This document shows, one piece after another, positions 8,322-18,164 of a stretch of DNA of 50,740 nucleotides; within the stretch, counting starts at the first letter, position 1; each line of letters starts with the position of its first letter. A program made the position numbers and the translations under genes. Source of the stretch: a virus (Duplodnaviria > Caudoviricetes); the IMG/VR virus record IMGVR_UViG_3300048853_000111, positions 1 through 50,740 of that record; one strand, given 5' to 3'. Below the pieces are notes generated by a model that saw only the letters and a program-made list of their open reading frames with translations, was not told the origin of the DNA and did no database searches.

Positions 8322-8711
8322 TCAACTCCCCATCACGTAAGCTTTGAAGGTGCCGCCGCCATAGCCGGCCACCGAGAAGGACAAGCCATTCGTCAACACA
8401 TGCACGAAGACTTGTTGCAGCGCAGCCGTCTCTCCGGTATTGATCGTGTAATACATCTTGCTATAGGGCGAATAAAATTGCCCGCTTGCCAGAAAGCCGG
8501 AGATAACGATTGGCGGCCGGGCGAAGCTCATCGAGAACGGCACCCAGACATTGCTGGCATCACCGCCGACGCCAACTTCGTGATACTCGACAAGCGCGCC
8601 CTGCCAATCCGGCGAGAACAGCACGCGCGGGTCGAGATCATCCCCGACATTCACGGTGTCGGCCACGACCCGGAACTTGTCCGCCGCGTTGAAGAAGACA
8701 GAGAGCGCCAT
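8322..8711 (-). CDS. Tail tip accessory protein (paralogue 3)
   Basis: Beta-rich, coupled to the upstream gene. Confidence 0.7.
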   Translation of the reverse strand: MALSVFFNAADKFRVVADTVNVGDDLDPRVLFSPDWQGALVEYHEVGVGGDASNVWVPFSMSFARPPIVISGFLASGQFYSPYSKMYYTINTGETAALQQVFVHVLTNGLSFSVAGYGGGTFKAYVMGS

Positions 8712-9118
8712 CAGGACGGCCCCCGATAGACGACATAAAGAATGCTCGCCGGCCGGTATTGTGCCGGCGGCTGGAGCATGTCCCCGTGAGCCGAGATGCC
8801 GCTCGGTGTAACCGTCAAGGCGATCTTATAGGTGGTCTCGTCAAACCAAGTGTAATGGTCGTAATAGCCGCCATCGGCCGCGCGGATCTTCGTGAAGACG
8901 AGCGGCGTATAGGGATAGACCCGGCTGAAATTCCCTGAGCCGTAATAATAGAACGGCGCGACCGACGTATAGGACAGGCCGAACTCGCCGGTTTCGATGA
9001 TCTGGCCGAAGCGGATGCCGGCCATGAGCAGCATGTCGGGCGGGCGGCCCGAGCCGGCATCGAAGCCCGGCCGGCTGATCGCCAGATAGCCGGGCTGGAT
9101 GATCACGCGGGTCGCCAT
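8711..9118 (-). CDS. Tail tip accessory protein (paralogue 2)
   Basis: Start reassigned to ATG 9118 (MATRVII...ISRPGFDA), similar to the N-terminus of the adjacent gene. Confidence 0.7.
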   Translation of the reverse strand: MATRVIIQPGYLAISRPGFDAGSGRPPDMLLMAGIRFGQIIETGEFGLSYTSVAPFYYYGSGNFSRVYPYTPLVFTKIRAADGGYYDHYTWFDETTYKIALTVTPSGISAHGDMLQPPAQYRPASILYVVYRGPS

Positions 9119-9564
9119 CAGTTCACCCGCAGGCCGAAGGCGACATATTTGATGTCGAAATAGCCGGCGCGGGTGATGTCGGGATTGGCCGGCGCCGTGT
9201 CGTCCCAGCGAAGCTGGCAGGGATTGCCGCCGAGATAGACGAGCTGATAGATCGTGCCCCAAAGCCGCTGGGTCGAGCCGCTGGCGTTCTCGGCGTACCA
9301 CCAGGCGCCTGGCTGGACGACATTGCCGGAGACCGGCGACCACCACACCGCCGGCCAATAGTCTGTGCCAGGCGGCATGGTAACGACCGCGCCCGGCGAG
9401 ACGATGCCCTGCGCAATGATGGTGGCCACCTGCCCCCATTCCGTGGAGAAGGACAGGTTGCCGCGATCGGCCGGCCCCACGCCCAGAACGTCGACGCCGG
9501 GCTTGGAGACGAAAAGGCCCATCGGCCCGGCCGGATGCCGGCCGAGCACCACCCGATTAGTCAC
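9118..9564 (-). CDS. Tail tip accessory protein (paralogue 1)
   Basis: MTNRVVLG...VSKPGVDV; follows the J-like gene. Confidence 0.75.
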   Translation of the reverse strand: MTNRVVLGRHPAGPMGLFVSKPGVDVLGVGPADRGNLSFSTEWGQVATIIAQGIVSPGAVVTMPPGTDYWPAVWWSPVSGNVVQPGAWWYAENASGSTQRLWGTIYQLVYLGGNPCQLRWDDTAPANPDITRAGYFDIKYVAFGLRVN

Positions 9565-12500
9565 TGATGAGGATCCTTTCGTTGCCCAGCTCGATCCGCA
9601 TCTTGTTGTTGGGACCGCGCAGAACGCCCGCCGTCACGTCGCCGATATTCGCCGAGATGGCCGAGAGGCTGTCCGTCTGGATGGCATTGGCCGACACGGT
9701 GCCGTCGGCGACGAGATCGCCGCGGATCGACACCCGTTGCGCGCCGTTCCGGAAAGCGACCGAGAAGAAATATTCCGGCATCGCGCCCACCGCGGCCGGC
9801 GGCCCAATCAGGAACTTGTCGGTCGAGACACGGACCTCGTTGACCACCTGCCCCGGCGCGCCGGTCGCCGTAATGATCTCGAAGCCAGAGATATAGCCGG
9901 CCGAAGTGATCGAGACCTTCCAGGAGCCGACGAGATTACCATAGGCGTCCGCCGCGGCCGTGAGCCGCTCGCTGACCGTGATGCCCTCGTTGTCATATTC
10001 GGCGACGACGTCGAAGCCGAAGATGGCGAGCGCCTTGTCGGCCTTCACGTCGACAGTCGCTATCTGCGTGATGGCGGCCCGCGCCTTGCCGTCGGCCGCG
10101 TCGGCGATGACATGCACCTCGCCGGTGAGATCCGCCACATCCTGGATCAGCGGGTTGAATGTGATGAACCTATCGATATCCGACCGCAGATCGTTCTCGT
10201 CGAGCTTGATCCGCACAAAACTGTTGCTGATCTCGATCTCGGGCGCGAGCACATCGACCACACTCCATGGCCCCGGCAGGCCATTGACCGTGCGCGGCTG
10301 CACCCTGACCTTCAGGTTCGATGGGCTGACCAAGACCTTGAAGAATGTCTCGCTGCCCTCAAACACGGCCTGCCAGGTCTCGCCCGCGTCATAGGAGATC
10401 TGCGCGGCATAGGTGGCAGCACCGGCCGGCGGTTCCCAGCCGACATTGAGCATGCAGTTGGTGCCCTCCTGCCGCATCTGCGCCGAAAGCGTCGTGACGA
10501 CGGGCAGCCCCGGATTGAGGAAGGTCGGAACGCTCGGCAAAGGCGGCACGTCGCCCTCGTCGATGTCGTACACACGCGGGTCGTCGATGACGGCCTCGAT
10601 CTCCATGAGGTCGCCATTCGGCGTGCCCTTGGTGACAAGCCCGTGCCAAGTCTGCGGCTGGCCGACCGAGAAGACGAAGCTCGGCAGCTCCATGGTCGGC
10701 GTGCGCGCGAGGACGTCAGTGATGGTGATGCCCTGCGCGCCCTCGCCGGCCGCGAGGTCGGCCCCGACAAAGGCGGCATGGCCGTCATCGACGCCGCGCG
10801 TCACGCGCACCGGGCCGAAGGGCAGACCGTCCTTACGGCGGATCTCGACATAGTGGTTGCCGCTACCAGCCCATTGCGGCGCCGGGTCGAGCGTCAGCGT
10901 CTTTGTCGCCGCGGCATAGGCCGTGACGCGACCGGACTGGCCCCAAGTCTGCGGCAGTTCGGATTGCACGGCGATGAGATCGCCGCGCTTGAGCATGCGG
11001 CCCTCCAGTTCGCACTGAAAGGTCACCGTCCGTCGGCGGTAGTTGTTCACGGCCGCGAGATAGCGGGCGACGCCGACCGCCTGCTCGCGCTTGGTGATGC
11101 CGTCGACCTGCACCGAGGCCGGCTTGACGAGGCCGGGCGCCGAGGGCGCATCGGCGAGCCGCCAGACGCGCTCGTCGAGATATTGCACCACGACGCCGTC
11201 GGCGAATTCCTCGTCGAGCAGCCGGCGCTCTATGGTCAGTGACCTCCGGACGATCTCCCGATCGGTGAAGAGCATGCGCGGCAGGGCACGCGGCTCGTCG
11301 CGCACCATCGTCATGCGATCGCCGATGAAGGCCGGATTGGCGCGACCCGGCTTCAGTGCCGTCTCGATCGCCTCATAAACCGACACGGGGTCGGTGAAGA
11401 CGTGGTCGAAGGTGTGACCGATGCCGTCGAAATAGGTGGCGTAAGTCGTGAACGTCTGCAGATCGACATTGGCGAGGTTGAGCCCCGCCGAATAATCGCT
11501 GTTAGACCAGATATCGAGCGCCGCCCAAACGGGATTGCGCGTCGCCTGCTCGGCCCAGGCGGTCCCCGTCCACACCGGAATGATGCGCGTCGCGATGGTG
11601 CCGATTTTGCGGCTGGAGAGGCCGGAGAGAACGGCATCCGCCTTCATCTTGATCGCCAGCGTGGTGACGCCGGGGAAGCTCTGCGGCCCGTCGATCGAGG
11701 CGCGCAGGGCCGACCAGTTGAAGGCGTTCGTCACGGTCGACTTGCCGCCGTTATAGGGGTTCGGATCACCCTGCCAGACCGGTGTCGTCGTCCTCAGCCG
11801 GACCATGTAGCGGCCGGGCGGCACGCCGACGCGCTCGGTCACGCGGATCTGGCTGTTCTTGGCGAGGTTATAGGTCTTATTGAGGATGCCGAACCAATCG
11901 CCGATCTGCGCGCCGCCATCGTCGACGGGCGCCGCCTGCGCCTCGACCTGTGTCCCCACGGGATAGAGCTTGCTCTGATAGGTGTCGAAATTGCCGCCCG
12001 GCCAGACGAGATCGATGATCAGCTCGCGCGCCAGCGTTCCCGCGGCATTGGCGACGAAACCGCCGATCCAGGCGTTCTGCGGCTTCACCTCCTGGCCGGA
12101 GACTTCCGACGCCGTGACCACGTTCACGGGGAAGAGGGTGACCTGATCGCCGGGATTGCAATATTGCAGCTGCACATTCGGGAAGGACGGATTGAGCCCG
12201 CCCGCCTTGGTCCACAGCGGCGTATCGTCGATGCGGATTTCCTCGAGGTCGTACTTGCCGCAGCCGATCGCGAAGAGCTGATAGAGATATTGGTCGTCGC
12301 CCTGATATTCGCTGTAGGGCGGCGCGGCGAGATCCGGCGTGGCGAGACGCCGGCCATAGCCGACCGGGATAGGCTGTAACGGCCGCGCCTGATTGCTGCC
12401 GGACGAGATCGAATAGAGATCATCCTTCTGCTCGGACTGGCCACCCGACTTGGGCTGCATGAATCGCGTGAGCAGGAGCGAGCCACCGGCGACGAGCAGC

Positions 12501-12877
12501 GCCGCGCCGATACCGGCAGCTGTGGTCCCAGCGCCGAACACCAAGCCCGCCGCCCAGGGGGCAATCGCGGTCAACGCGATGAGTCCGACGACGGCGATGA
12601 TGGACTTGGTGGTGGAGCCCCCACCGCCGCCCATGCCACCGCGGCCGGGCCGCGACAGGAACGCCACGTCGTCGCGCTTGCGCAGCTTCCGGTGCGCCCA
12701 TTCCTTCACCGGCACCGGCGCGCCATTGACCAGGCAGACCGTCGGCAGGGCCAGGAAATGCCAGCTATGGCGCCGCACGAAACGGGAAATCGTCTCCCGA
12801 TGCCGCCGCTCGGCTTCCGCGAGCACGACGAAGGGCGTTCCCGCCGGATCGGCGAGTTGATGACGAACAACGGGCAT
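9557..12877 (-). CDS. Host-specificity / central tail tip protein (TipJ-like)
   Basis: 1106 aa; PIPVGYG and TRNPVWAALD motifs, FnIII-like region; follows NlpC/P60. Confidence 0.9.
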   Translation of the reverse strand: MPVVRHQLADPAGTPFVVLAEAERRHRETISRFVRRHSWHFLALPTVCLVNGAPVPVKEWAHRKLRKRDDVAFLSRPGRGGMGGGGGSTTKSIIAVVGLIALTAIAPWAAGLVFGAGTTAAGIGAALLVAGGSLLLTRFMQPKSGGQSEQKDDLYSISSGSNQARPLQPIPVGYGRRLATPDLAAPPYSEYQGDDQYLYQLFAIGCGKYDLEEIRIDDTPLWTKAGGLNPSFPNVQLQYCNPGDQVTLFPVNVVTASEVSGQEVKPQNAWIGGFVANAAGTLARELIIDLVWPGGNFDTYQSKLYPVGTQVEAQAAPVDDGGAQIGDWFGILNKTYNLAKNSQIRVTERVGVPPGRYMVRLRTTTPVWQGDPNPYNGGKSTVTNAFNWSALRASIDGPQSFPGVTTLAIKMKADAVLSGLSSRKIGTIATRIIPVWTGTAWAEQATRNPVWAALDIWSNSDYSAGLNLANVDLQTFTTYATYFDGIGHTFDHVFTDPVSVYEAIETALKPGRANPAFIGDRMTMVRDEPRALPRMLFTDREIVRRSLTIERRLLDEEFADGVVVQYLDERVWRLADAPSAPGLVKPASVQVDGITKREQAVGVARYLAAVNNYRRRTVTFQCELEGRMLKRGDLIAVQSELPQTWGQSGRVTAYAAATKTLTLDPAPQWAGSGNHYVEIRRKDGLPFGPVRVTRGVDDGHAAFVGADLAAGEGAQGITITDVLARTPTMELPSFVFSVGQPQTWHGLVTKGTPNGDLMEIEAVIDDPRVYDIDEGDVPPLPSVPTFLNPGLPVVTTLSAQMRQEGTNCMLNVGWEPPAGAATYAAQISYDAGETWQAVFEGSETFFKVLVSPSNLKVRVQPRTVNGLPGPWSVVDVLAPEIEISNSFVRIKLDENDLRSDIDRFITFNPLIQDVADLTGEVHVIADAADGKARAAITQIATVDVKADKALAIFGFDVVAEYDNEGITVSERLTAAADAYGNLVGSWKVSITSAGYISGFEIITATGAPGQVVNEVRVSTDKFLIGPPAAVGAMPEYFFSVAFRNGAQRVSIRGDLVADGTVSANAIQTDSLSAISANIGDVTAGVLRGPNNKMRIELGNERILISD

Positions 12878-12884
12878 GGAGCGC

Positions 12885-13304
12885 TCAGTCTGCCTTGCGG
12901 CGGAAGAAGGTGATGTTGTGGAAGCCGCGGGCGGGCAGCGTGAGCAGATCGTCCGCCATCACGCCCGGCCCCTCGTCGGTATGGAGCACGAGCATCTGCC
13001 GCCCATCGGCCACAGCCACGCCGAGATGGAAATCACGCCCTTGAATATTGCCCATCAGCACGAGCGCGCCATCGAAGGGCTGCGAAACCCGTTCCCACCG
13101 CGACCGCTCGGGATGGCCGAGGATGGCGCGGGCGACCGCCCGCGGCTCGGCCGAGGCGCGGGTGATTGCCGGCAGATCTTCGCCATAGCACTCGCGCAGC
13201 ACGTGACGCGCGAGGCCGTAGCAATCGAAGCTATCAGGACCATCAGCCCCCACCGCGTAGGGGCGACCGATCAGCGCCGCGAGGCGTGCAACGCGGTCGG
13301 TCAT
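12885..13304 (-). CDS. NlpC/P60 tail assembly protein
   Basis: GPDSFDCYGL and FHLGV motifs. Confidence 0.88.
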   Translation of the reverse strand: MTDRVARLAALIGRPYAVGADGPDSFDCYGLARHVLRECYGEDLPAITRASAEPRAVARAILGHPERSRWERVSQPFDGALVLMGNIQGRDFHLGVAVADGRQMLVLHTDEGPGVMADDLLTLPARGFHNITFFRRKAD

Positions 13305-13840
13305 GACACCGCCAAAAGCGCCGAATATTCGTCCGACGTGTAGAGCTTGCGCAGGAACTTGAGGTTTTGCGCGCTCGCGACGGTCACATTGCCCGATACG
13401 GTCGTGCCGGATGACGTCACCTCGCGCATGACGAAGCGGAACGGCCCGAAGGCGACGGTCGTTGGGTCGGTCGACAGGTAGACGCGAAAGATGCAGACGA
13501 GCTCGGTGTAGATCGTCTCGGCGACATCGAGATATTGGTCGATCTCGCGCCGGATGTTGTCGACGGTGAGAGACGCCGAGGGCGCCTGCCCCTCTTCAAA
13601 GCCCGGAAACTCGAATTTGAACGGGATCGCTTTGAAGAGCACGGCCTGCCCCGCCTGCAGGGGGGCGCCGAGGTCGAGCGTCAGCACCTTGTCCGTGAGC
13701 TGATTGACCGCGCGGATTGCGATCTGCTGGCCGTTCTCAATGAAGGCAGGGTGATGGAACTCGAGCGTCGGCATCTGGACGTCGTCCTTCGGATTCGACG
13801 CCGTGTTGATCGCGAATTCCGGAGTCCAGAAGTCGACCAT
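13301..13840 (-). CDS. Minor tail protein (DUF1833-like)
   Basis: TLEFHHPAF, FKAIPFKFEFP, LTVDNI; position after the distal tail gene. Confidence 0.8.
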   Translation of the reverse strand: MVDFWTPEFAINTASNPKDDVQMPTLEFHHPAFIENGQQIAIRAVNQLTDKVLTLDLGAPLQAGQAVLFKAIPFKFEFPGFEEGQAPSASLTVDNIRREIDQYLDVAETIYTELVCIFRVYLSTDPTTVAFGPFRFVMREVTSSGTTVSGNVTVASAQNLKFLRKLYTSDEYSALLAVS

Positions 13841-14214
13841 CAGAGATCCCGCACATCGAGGCTGAAGGAGACGAGCCGCTTGCCGCCGACGCGTTGCATC
13901 TTCACGGCATTGGCGCCGCCGATGATGCGCACGGTCTTGGTTGCGCAGGCGGTGCCCGTGTAGACGGGCATCGTGAACTCGGCCGCGCCATGGCCGAGAT
14001 CGGTCATCATGAAGGCCTTGAAGGTCTCATATTCCGCAACCGTCATCAGGATGGCGTAAGGCGTCACCCCGATCACATCGACGAACTGCAGCCGCGCCCG
14101 CACATTGCCGCCGTCCATGTCGGTTTCGAGCAACGGCCGGGCGTGCTGGTCGATCGACCACGAGGACGACTGCGGCTTGCTGGGAACGGCCGCCGGCCAG
14201 GAGGGGATTGCCAT
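13840..14214 (-). CDS. Distal tail protein
   Basis: WP...ETDMDGGNVRAR; immediately after the tape measure. Confidence 0.75.
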   Translation of the reverse strand: MAIPSWPAAVPSKPQSSSWSIDQHARPLLETDMDGGNVRARLQFVDVIGVTPYAILMTVAEYETFKAFMMTDLGHGAAEFTMPVYTGTACATKTVRIIGGANAVKMQRVGGKRLVSFSLDVRDL

Positions 14215-17075
14215 CAGCGCCGCCCTCCCATCCTGTTCACGCCATACATCGCCTGGAACTGCCGGGCGAGCGGGCCATTGCTGGCGAAATCCTTGGCGAC
14301 GACATCTTTCACCATCACGTCGAGCCGCGGGCCGTTCGGCGTCTGAGTCGTCCGCTGCTCGATATCGCTGCCGTTCTGGTTGATGACGTTGACCTGGATC
14401 GCGCCCGCTCCCCGCGCCGCAGCGCCGCGCGGGATAGAGGGCATGGCGGGGCCGACATATCCCCCGTCGGCATAGCCTCGCCGGAGCGCTTCGAGATTGC
14501 CGACGCCGATTTTGCGGGTGGCTGCGGCGTCAAAAACATACTCGCCCTTATGGACGACGCCGGCCGGCTGGTACTTGCCGCCAGGCCCGGTATAGCCGCC
14601 GGTCGCGTAAAGCCCGCCCGAGCCGCCGGCGATCGTGGCGCCGGCGCTACCGCTCGATCCGCCGAAGAGGCCACCCAGCGCCCCGATGAGGCCGCCGGTC
14701 TTGCCTGCGCCTGCCGAGGTGCCGAAGAGCCCGGCGAGCGGCCCCTGGCCGAGCAGCGCGGCCTGCAGGGCCGCCTGTGCGAGCGATGACGCGAGGTTGC
14801 GCACCACATCGGAGGCCTTCTCACCGTTGGCGATCACGCCCACCAGGCCATCGATAGCTGCATTGCCGAACAGTTCGACCGTTTGGTTCAGTGACTGCTG
14901 CGCATCCTCCTGCCGTCGCACGGCCTCCGCCGCCGCCTCGCGGGCAGTGACTTCCTCCTCGATGCGCCGCCGCTGCTCGACCGTGACCTGCGTCCCCGCC
15001 TCGCGCGCCGTCGTTTCCGCGTGCGCGAGAGCGATGGCCTTCTCTTTCTCGGCATTGGACTTGCCGATAGTCTGAAGTTCAGCCTCCAACTCGGCACGCT
15101 GCGTCGCGATCGCGCGGATCTGGCGATCGATCGAGCTGGATGCCCGATCCGCTGGCGTCTTCGCCGTTGCGCCCCCCTTGGACGACGTCTCCTGCGCGGA
15201 AACGATGCGGCGCGCGGCAAGGTCGAGGGCTGCCTGATCGACGGTTCCGCCGCTGGTCTGAATTTCCTCGCGCAGCTTGTCGCGGGTTTCCTTGATCTTG
15301 CGCGCCGTCTTGTCCATCTCGGCATCGGCGACGGCACGCTGCAGGGCACCCCGCCCCTGAAGATCACGCAAGACGGGATCACTGCGAGCCGTGCCCGCAT
15401 CCTGATCGAAGGTCGTGCCAGCCGTCGGATTCGGGATCCGGGCCTCGATCGCCTTGTCTGTGGCAGCGGCGACAGAACCACCAATCCCCGCGAGTTGGTC
15501 GCGCAGCTTGGCGACCAGCGCGATGGCGCCCGCGAGTTTCTCGAGGAGCGGAGCCATCTGATCGGCGATACTCTGGAACCGAGGATTGGAGTTCGCGAGC
15601 TCGAAAAGTTTGCCTTTCAGATCCTCGGCGGAGATCTCTCCGGATTTGAACTGGCGCTTCAGCTCGTCGAGCGGCGCGCCGGCGGCCGCATTCAAGCCAC
15701 GAGAGCGTAGCGCCGCCGCGGCGCGCGTCATGGCGTTTTCGATGGATGCCGAGAAAGACGTGATATCGTCCTGAGCGGACGTCAGATCGGCCGTCAGCTT
15801 GTTCGTCTGCTCGGCAGCCTGAGCCTTGGCCGCGCGCACGACCGCGTTGGTATGCTCGTCGATCGCCTTCCCGGAGGCATCGGCACTGGCGCGCACCTCA
15901 TCGAGGGCTGCGGCATATTGGCGAGCCCGCTCCTCGGCCGCGGCCGACTGTTGAGAGGCGTAGAGCGCCGCGACGCCAATGCCAAGGATTGCCGCGCCGA
16001 CCGGGCCGCCCACCACGGCGAGCGCACCGCGCAAGGCCGTCATCGCCAGCGAGGCGGCATTCGTACCCGCCACCGTCGCCGCGAGCGCAACGTTGACGCC
16101 ATTCAACGCCGGCACAACGGCCACCGCAGCCGTTGAGGCCGCAAGCAGCCGTGTGACGAGCGGCGCAAGACCGGCAGCAACGAGCCGGGCGGCGATGACC
16201 GCGCCGAGGGCCGTAGCGCCATTGGCGACGAGCGTGAAGTTGGCGGCAAGAACCGTCAGGCCGGCCGTGAGGGTGGCTGTTGCCGTGTTTACGGCGCTGG
16301 AGGTGCCGACGTAGCGCGTCGCGGCAGTCTGCAGCACTTCGAAGGCATCAGCGACCGTCGGATTGGTGCGCGCGAAGGCTGCATTCACCTCGTCGGCGCT
16401 GTCGACGAGCGCCTTGAAGACGCGCGAGGCCGACAACTGGCCGGCCGCGCCGAGATCCTTGAGCTGACCGATGGTCACGCCGAATTCATTGGCCACCGAC
16501 TGCGCGATCAGCGGCGCCCCCTCGAGGAGGGACCGCAATTCGTCGCCCCCGAGCCGGCCGGATTGCAAGGCCTGCCCGAGCTGCACCATGGCGGCCTGGC
16601 TCTCGGCCGCGCTTGCCCCTGAGATCTTGAGGCCTTTGGAGACGGCCTCGGTGGCCACCGACACCTCGGATTGCGAAGCCCCAAGGCTTTTCGACGACCG
16701 CGTGAGGCGCGCATAGAGATCGGCGGTGGCCGAGAAGGACGTGCGGGAACGCTCCGCGATATCGGCCACCTGCGCCAGAGCGCTGCCGGCCGATGCGGTC
16801 TCGACACCGGCCGCCTTGATCTTGTTGCTCGCCTCCTGCCATTCGTCGGCCATCTTGCGGATTTCATGGGCGATCAGCGCGGGGGCGGCGATTTCGGCGG
16901 CTCGCCCCAGCGCGCCTGACAGCGCATCGCCGACGCTCTTGCCAGCTCGATCGGCGGCCGACTCCACGTCCCGCATCGACTTGAGCGCCACGCCCCGCGC
17001 CCTTGCCAACTCGTTCTCGAATTTCTTAACGTTCGCTTCGAGCGAGACGGTCAAGCGTTCAAGGTCGGTCGCCAT
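14214..17075 (-). CDS. Tail tape measure protein
   Basis: 953 aa, Ala-rich; QLGQALQSGRLGGDELRSLLE and ATGGYTGPGGKYQPAGVVHKGEYV. Confidence 0.95.
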   Translation of the reverse strand: MATDLERLTVSLEANVKKFENELARARGVALKSMRDVESAADRAGKSVGDALSGALGRAAEIAAPALIAHEIRKMADEWQEASNKIKAAGVETASAGSALAQVADIAERSRTSFSATADLYARLTRSSKSLGASQSEVSVATEAVSKGLKISGASAAESQAAMVQLGQALQSGRLGGDELRSLLEGAPLIAQSVANEFGVTIGQLKDLGAAGQLSASRVFKALVDSADEVNAAFARTNPTVADAFEVLQTAATRYVGTSSAVNTATATLTAGLTVLAANFTLVANGATALGAVIAARLVAAGLAPLVTRLLAASTAAVAVVPALNGVNVALAATVAGTNAASLAMTALRGALAVVGGPVGAAILGIGVAALYASQQSAAAEERARQYAAALDEVRASADASGKAIDEHTNAVVRAAKAQAAEQTNKLTADLTSAQDDITSFSASIENAMTRAAAALRSRGLNAAAGAPLDELKRQFKSGEISAEDLKGKLFELANSNPRFQSIADQMAPLLEKLAGAIALVAKLRDQLAGIGGSVAAATDKAIEARIPNPTAGTTFDQDAGTARSDPVLRDLQGRGALQRAVADAEMDKTARKIKETRDKLREEIQTSGGTVDQAALDLAARRIVSAQETSSKGGATAKTPADRASSSIDRQIRAIATQRAELEAELQTIGKSNAEKEKAIALAHAETTAREAGTQVTVEQRRRIEEEVTAREAAAEAVRRQEDAQQSLNQTVELFGNAAIDGLVGVIANGEKASDVVRNLASSLAQAALQAALLGQGPLAGLFGTSAGAGKTGGLIGALGGLFGGSSGSAGATIAGGSGGLYATGGYTGPGGKYQPAGVVHKGEYVFDAAATRKIGVGNLEALRRGYADGGYVGPAMPSIPRGAAARGAGAIQVNVINQNGSDIEQRTTQTPNGPRLDVMVKDVVAKDFASNGPLARQFQAMYGVNRMGGRR

Positions 17076-17098
17076 GGCATGCCTTTTGAGGGGAACTC

Positions 17099-17587
17099 GT
17101 GAGACGAATTTGGCTTTCCGCAGTCGCTATATGCTTTAGCGCAACCGGCTGCACGGATTTCGTCGATGATCCAGCGGTCAAGGTCTGCGAAGCGATCGCA
17201 AAATCAAGTCTTGTCGCGCCGACGACATATCAGCGCGTGTCGTATTCAATGGATGAAAATATCGTTTCTATCGTTTTTGACGCGAACAACAGCTTTAACA
17301 CGCCTATGCGTAATACATTGGACTGCGTCTTTGAAAAAATGGGGAGTTCTTTTGTTTTACAGGATCGAGCGACCAAAGCCGTTTCGGCAGAAATCGCAGA
17401 TTTCAAGAAGAGGACCGAGGGCAATGCCTATGCCACCACGAAGGAATACAGGGCCGAATTCGCTGCCATGGACGAACGTCTGAAGAACGCGCTGGCGGAT
17501 AGATACGTCCGCGAGAGGCTTGTGGCCGCCGCCAGCAAATACCCAATTCCAGTGGCGTCCACCTCGCTTCACGATCCAAGCTCCTAG
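17099..17587 (+). CDS. Antisense lipoprotein moron (candidate superinfection exclusion)
   Basis: Signal peptide with SATGC lipobox, lower GC, between the tail chaperone and tape measure genes. Confidence 0.7.
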   Translation: MRRIWLSAVAICFSATGCTDFVDDPAVKVCEAIAKSSLVAPTTYQRVSYSMDENIVSIVFDANNSFNTPMRNTLDCVFEKMGSSFVLQDRATKAVSAEIADFKKRTEGNAYATTKEYRAEFAAMDERLKNALADRYVRERLVAAASKYPIPVASTSLHDPSS

Positions 17588-17832
17588 TCGGCCACAACGA
17601 GAGCCCAGAGCTCGTCCTCTTCTTTGCCGCTCAAGCCCTCCCCATCCTTCTCCGCGACGTGAGCGGACATCCACCCCTCGACCGAGGAGAGGAACTGCCA
17701 GAAGGTCATTCGTCGGAAGTCGCCGAGCCCGATTCCGCAGGCACTTGCTGCTCCGTAGAATGCGCCGAAGGCGAGGCGGCCGTCGGGAAGCTCGATGCCT
17801 CGTTCGTGGCCTCCGGCGCGCCTTCTTTTCCC
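17584..17832 (-). CDS. Tail assembly chaperone extension (gpT-like), reached by -1 frameshift
   Basis: -1 frame open from the slippery site to the stop at 17584: ...GIGLGDFRRMTFWQFLSSVEGW...EDELWALVVAD. Confidence 0.75.
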   Translation of the reverse strand, partial: GKRRRAGGHERGIELPDGRLAFGAFYGAASACGIGLGDFRRMTFWQFLSSVEGWMSAHVAEKDGEGLSGKEEDELWALVVAD

Positions 17833-18164
17833 GGCTCTTCCTCCGGCGCGCCAGCAAGGGCCGCCGAAAGGACGATTTGCGCGATGGCGGCATTGGCGAG
17901 CCAGTGGGGCCGCTCGTCGACATAGCGCCGCACGAGGCCGAGTGCCTGAAGCGGATGCAGGCCACCGCCGATGAGGCCGAGCCGGATCGTCTCACGCACG
18001 TCAGCGACGAGCCAATCCCCGGTCATGAGCCGCTGCGCGACCTTGAATGGCCCAGCGCCCGTCTTCTCCTGCAGCTCCTCGAGTTCGCCCATGGCCAGCC
18101 GAAAGCGCTGCGCGCCGTCGCCGAAGTCGAGATCGGCGACGCCGTTGCGGTTTTCCCCTGCCAT
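17706..18164 (-). CDS. Tail assembly chaperone (gpG-like, GTA gp10-like)
   Basis: FRLAMGELEELQE and VRETIRLGLIGGG; start ATG 18164 coupled to the tail tube stop. Confidence 0.85.
   Translation of the reverse strand: MAGENRNGVADLDFGDGAQRFRLAMGELEELQEKTGAGPFKVAQRLMTGDWLVADVRETIRLGLIGGGLHPLQALGLVRRYVDERPHWLANAAIAQIVLSAALAGAPEEEPGKEGAPEATNEASSFPTAASPSAHSTEQQVPAESGSATSDE
17826..17832 (-). other. Programmed -1 ribosomal frameshift site G GGA AAA
   Basis: In-frame X XXY YYZ heptamer at Pro-Gly-Lys, analogous to lambda G-T. Confidence 0.8.

Noticed and set aside
17357-17995. 212-aa minus-strand ORF as the chaperone frameshift product
   Set aside because: It is the +1 frame and Arg-rich; the -1 frame gives the plausible gpT-like sequence
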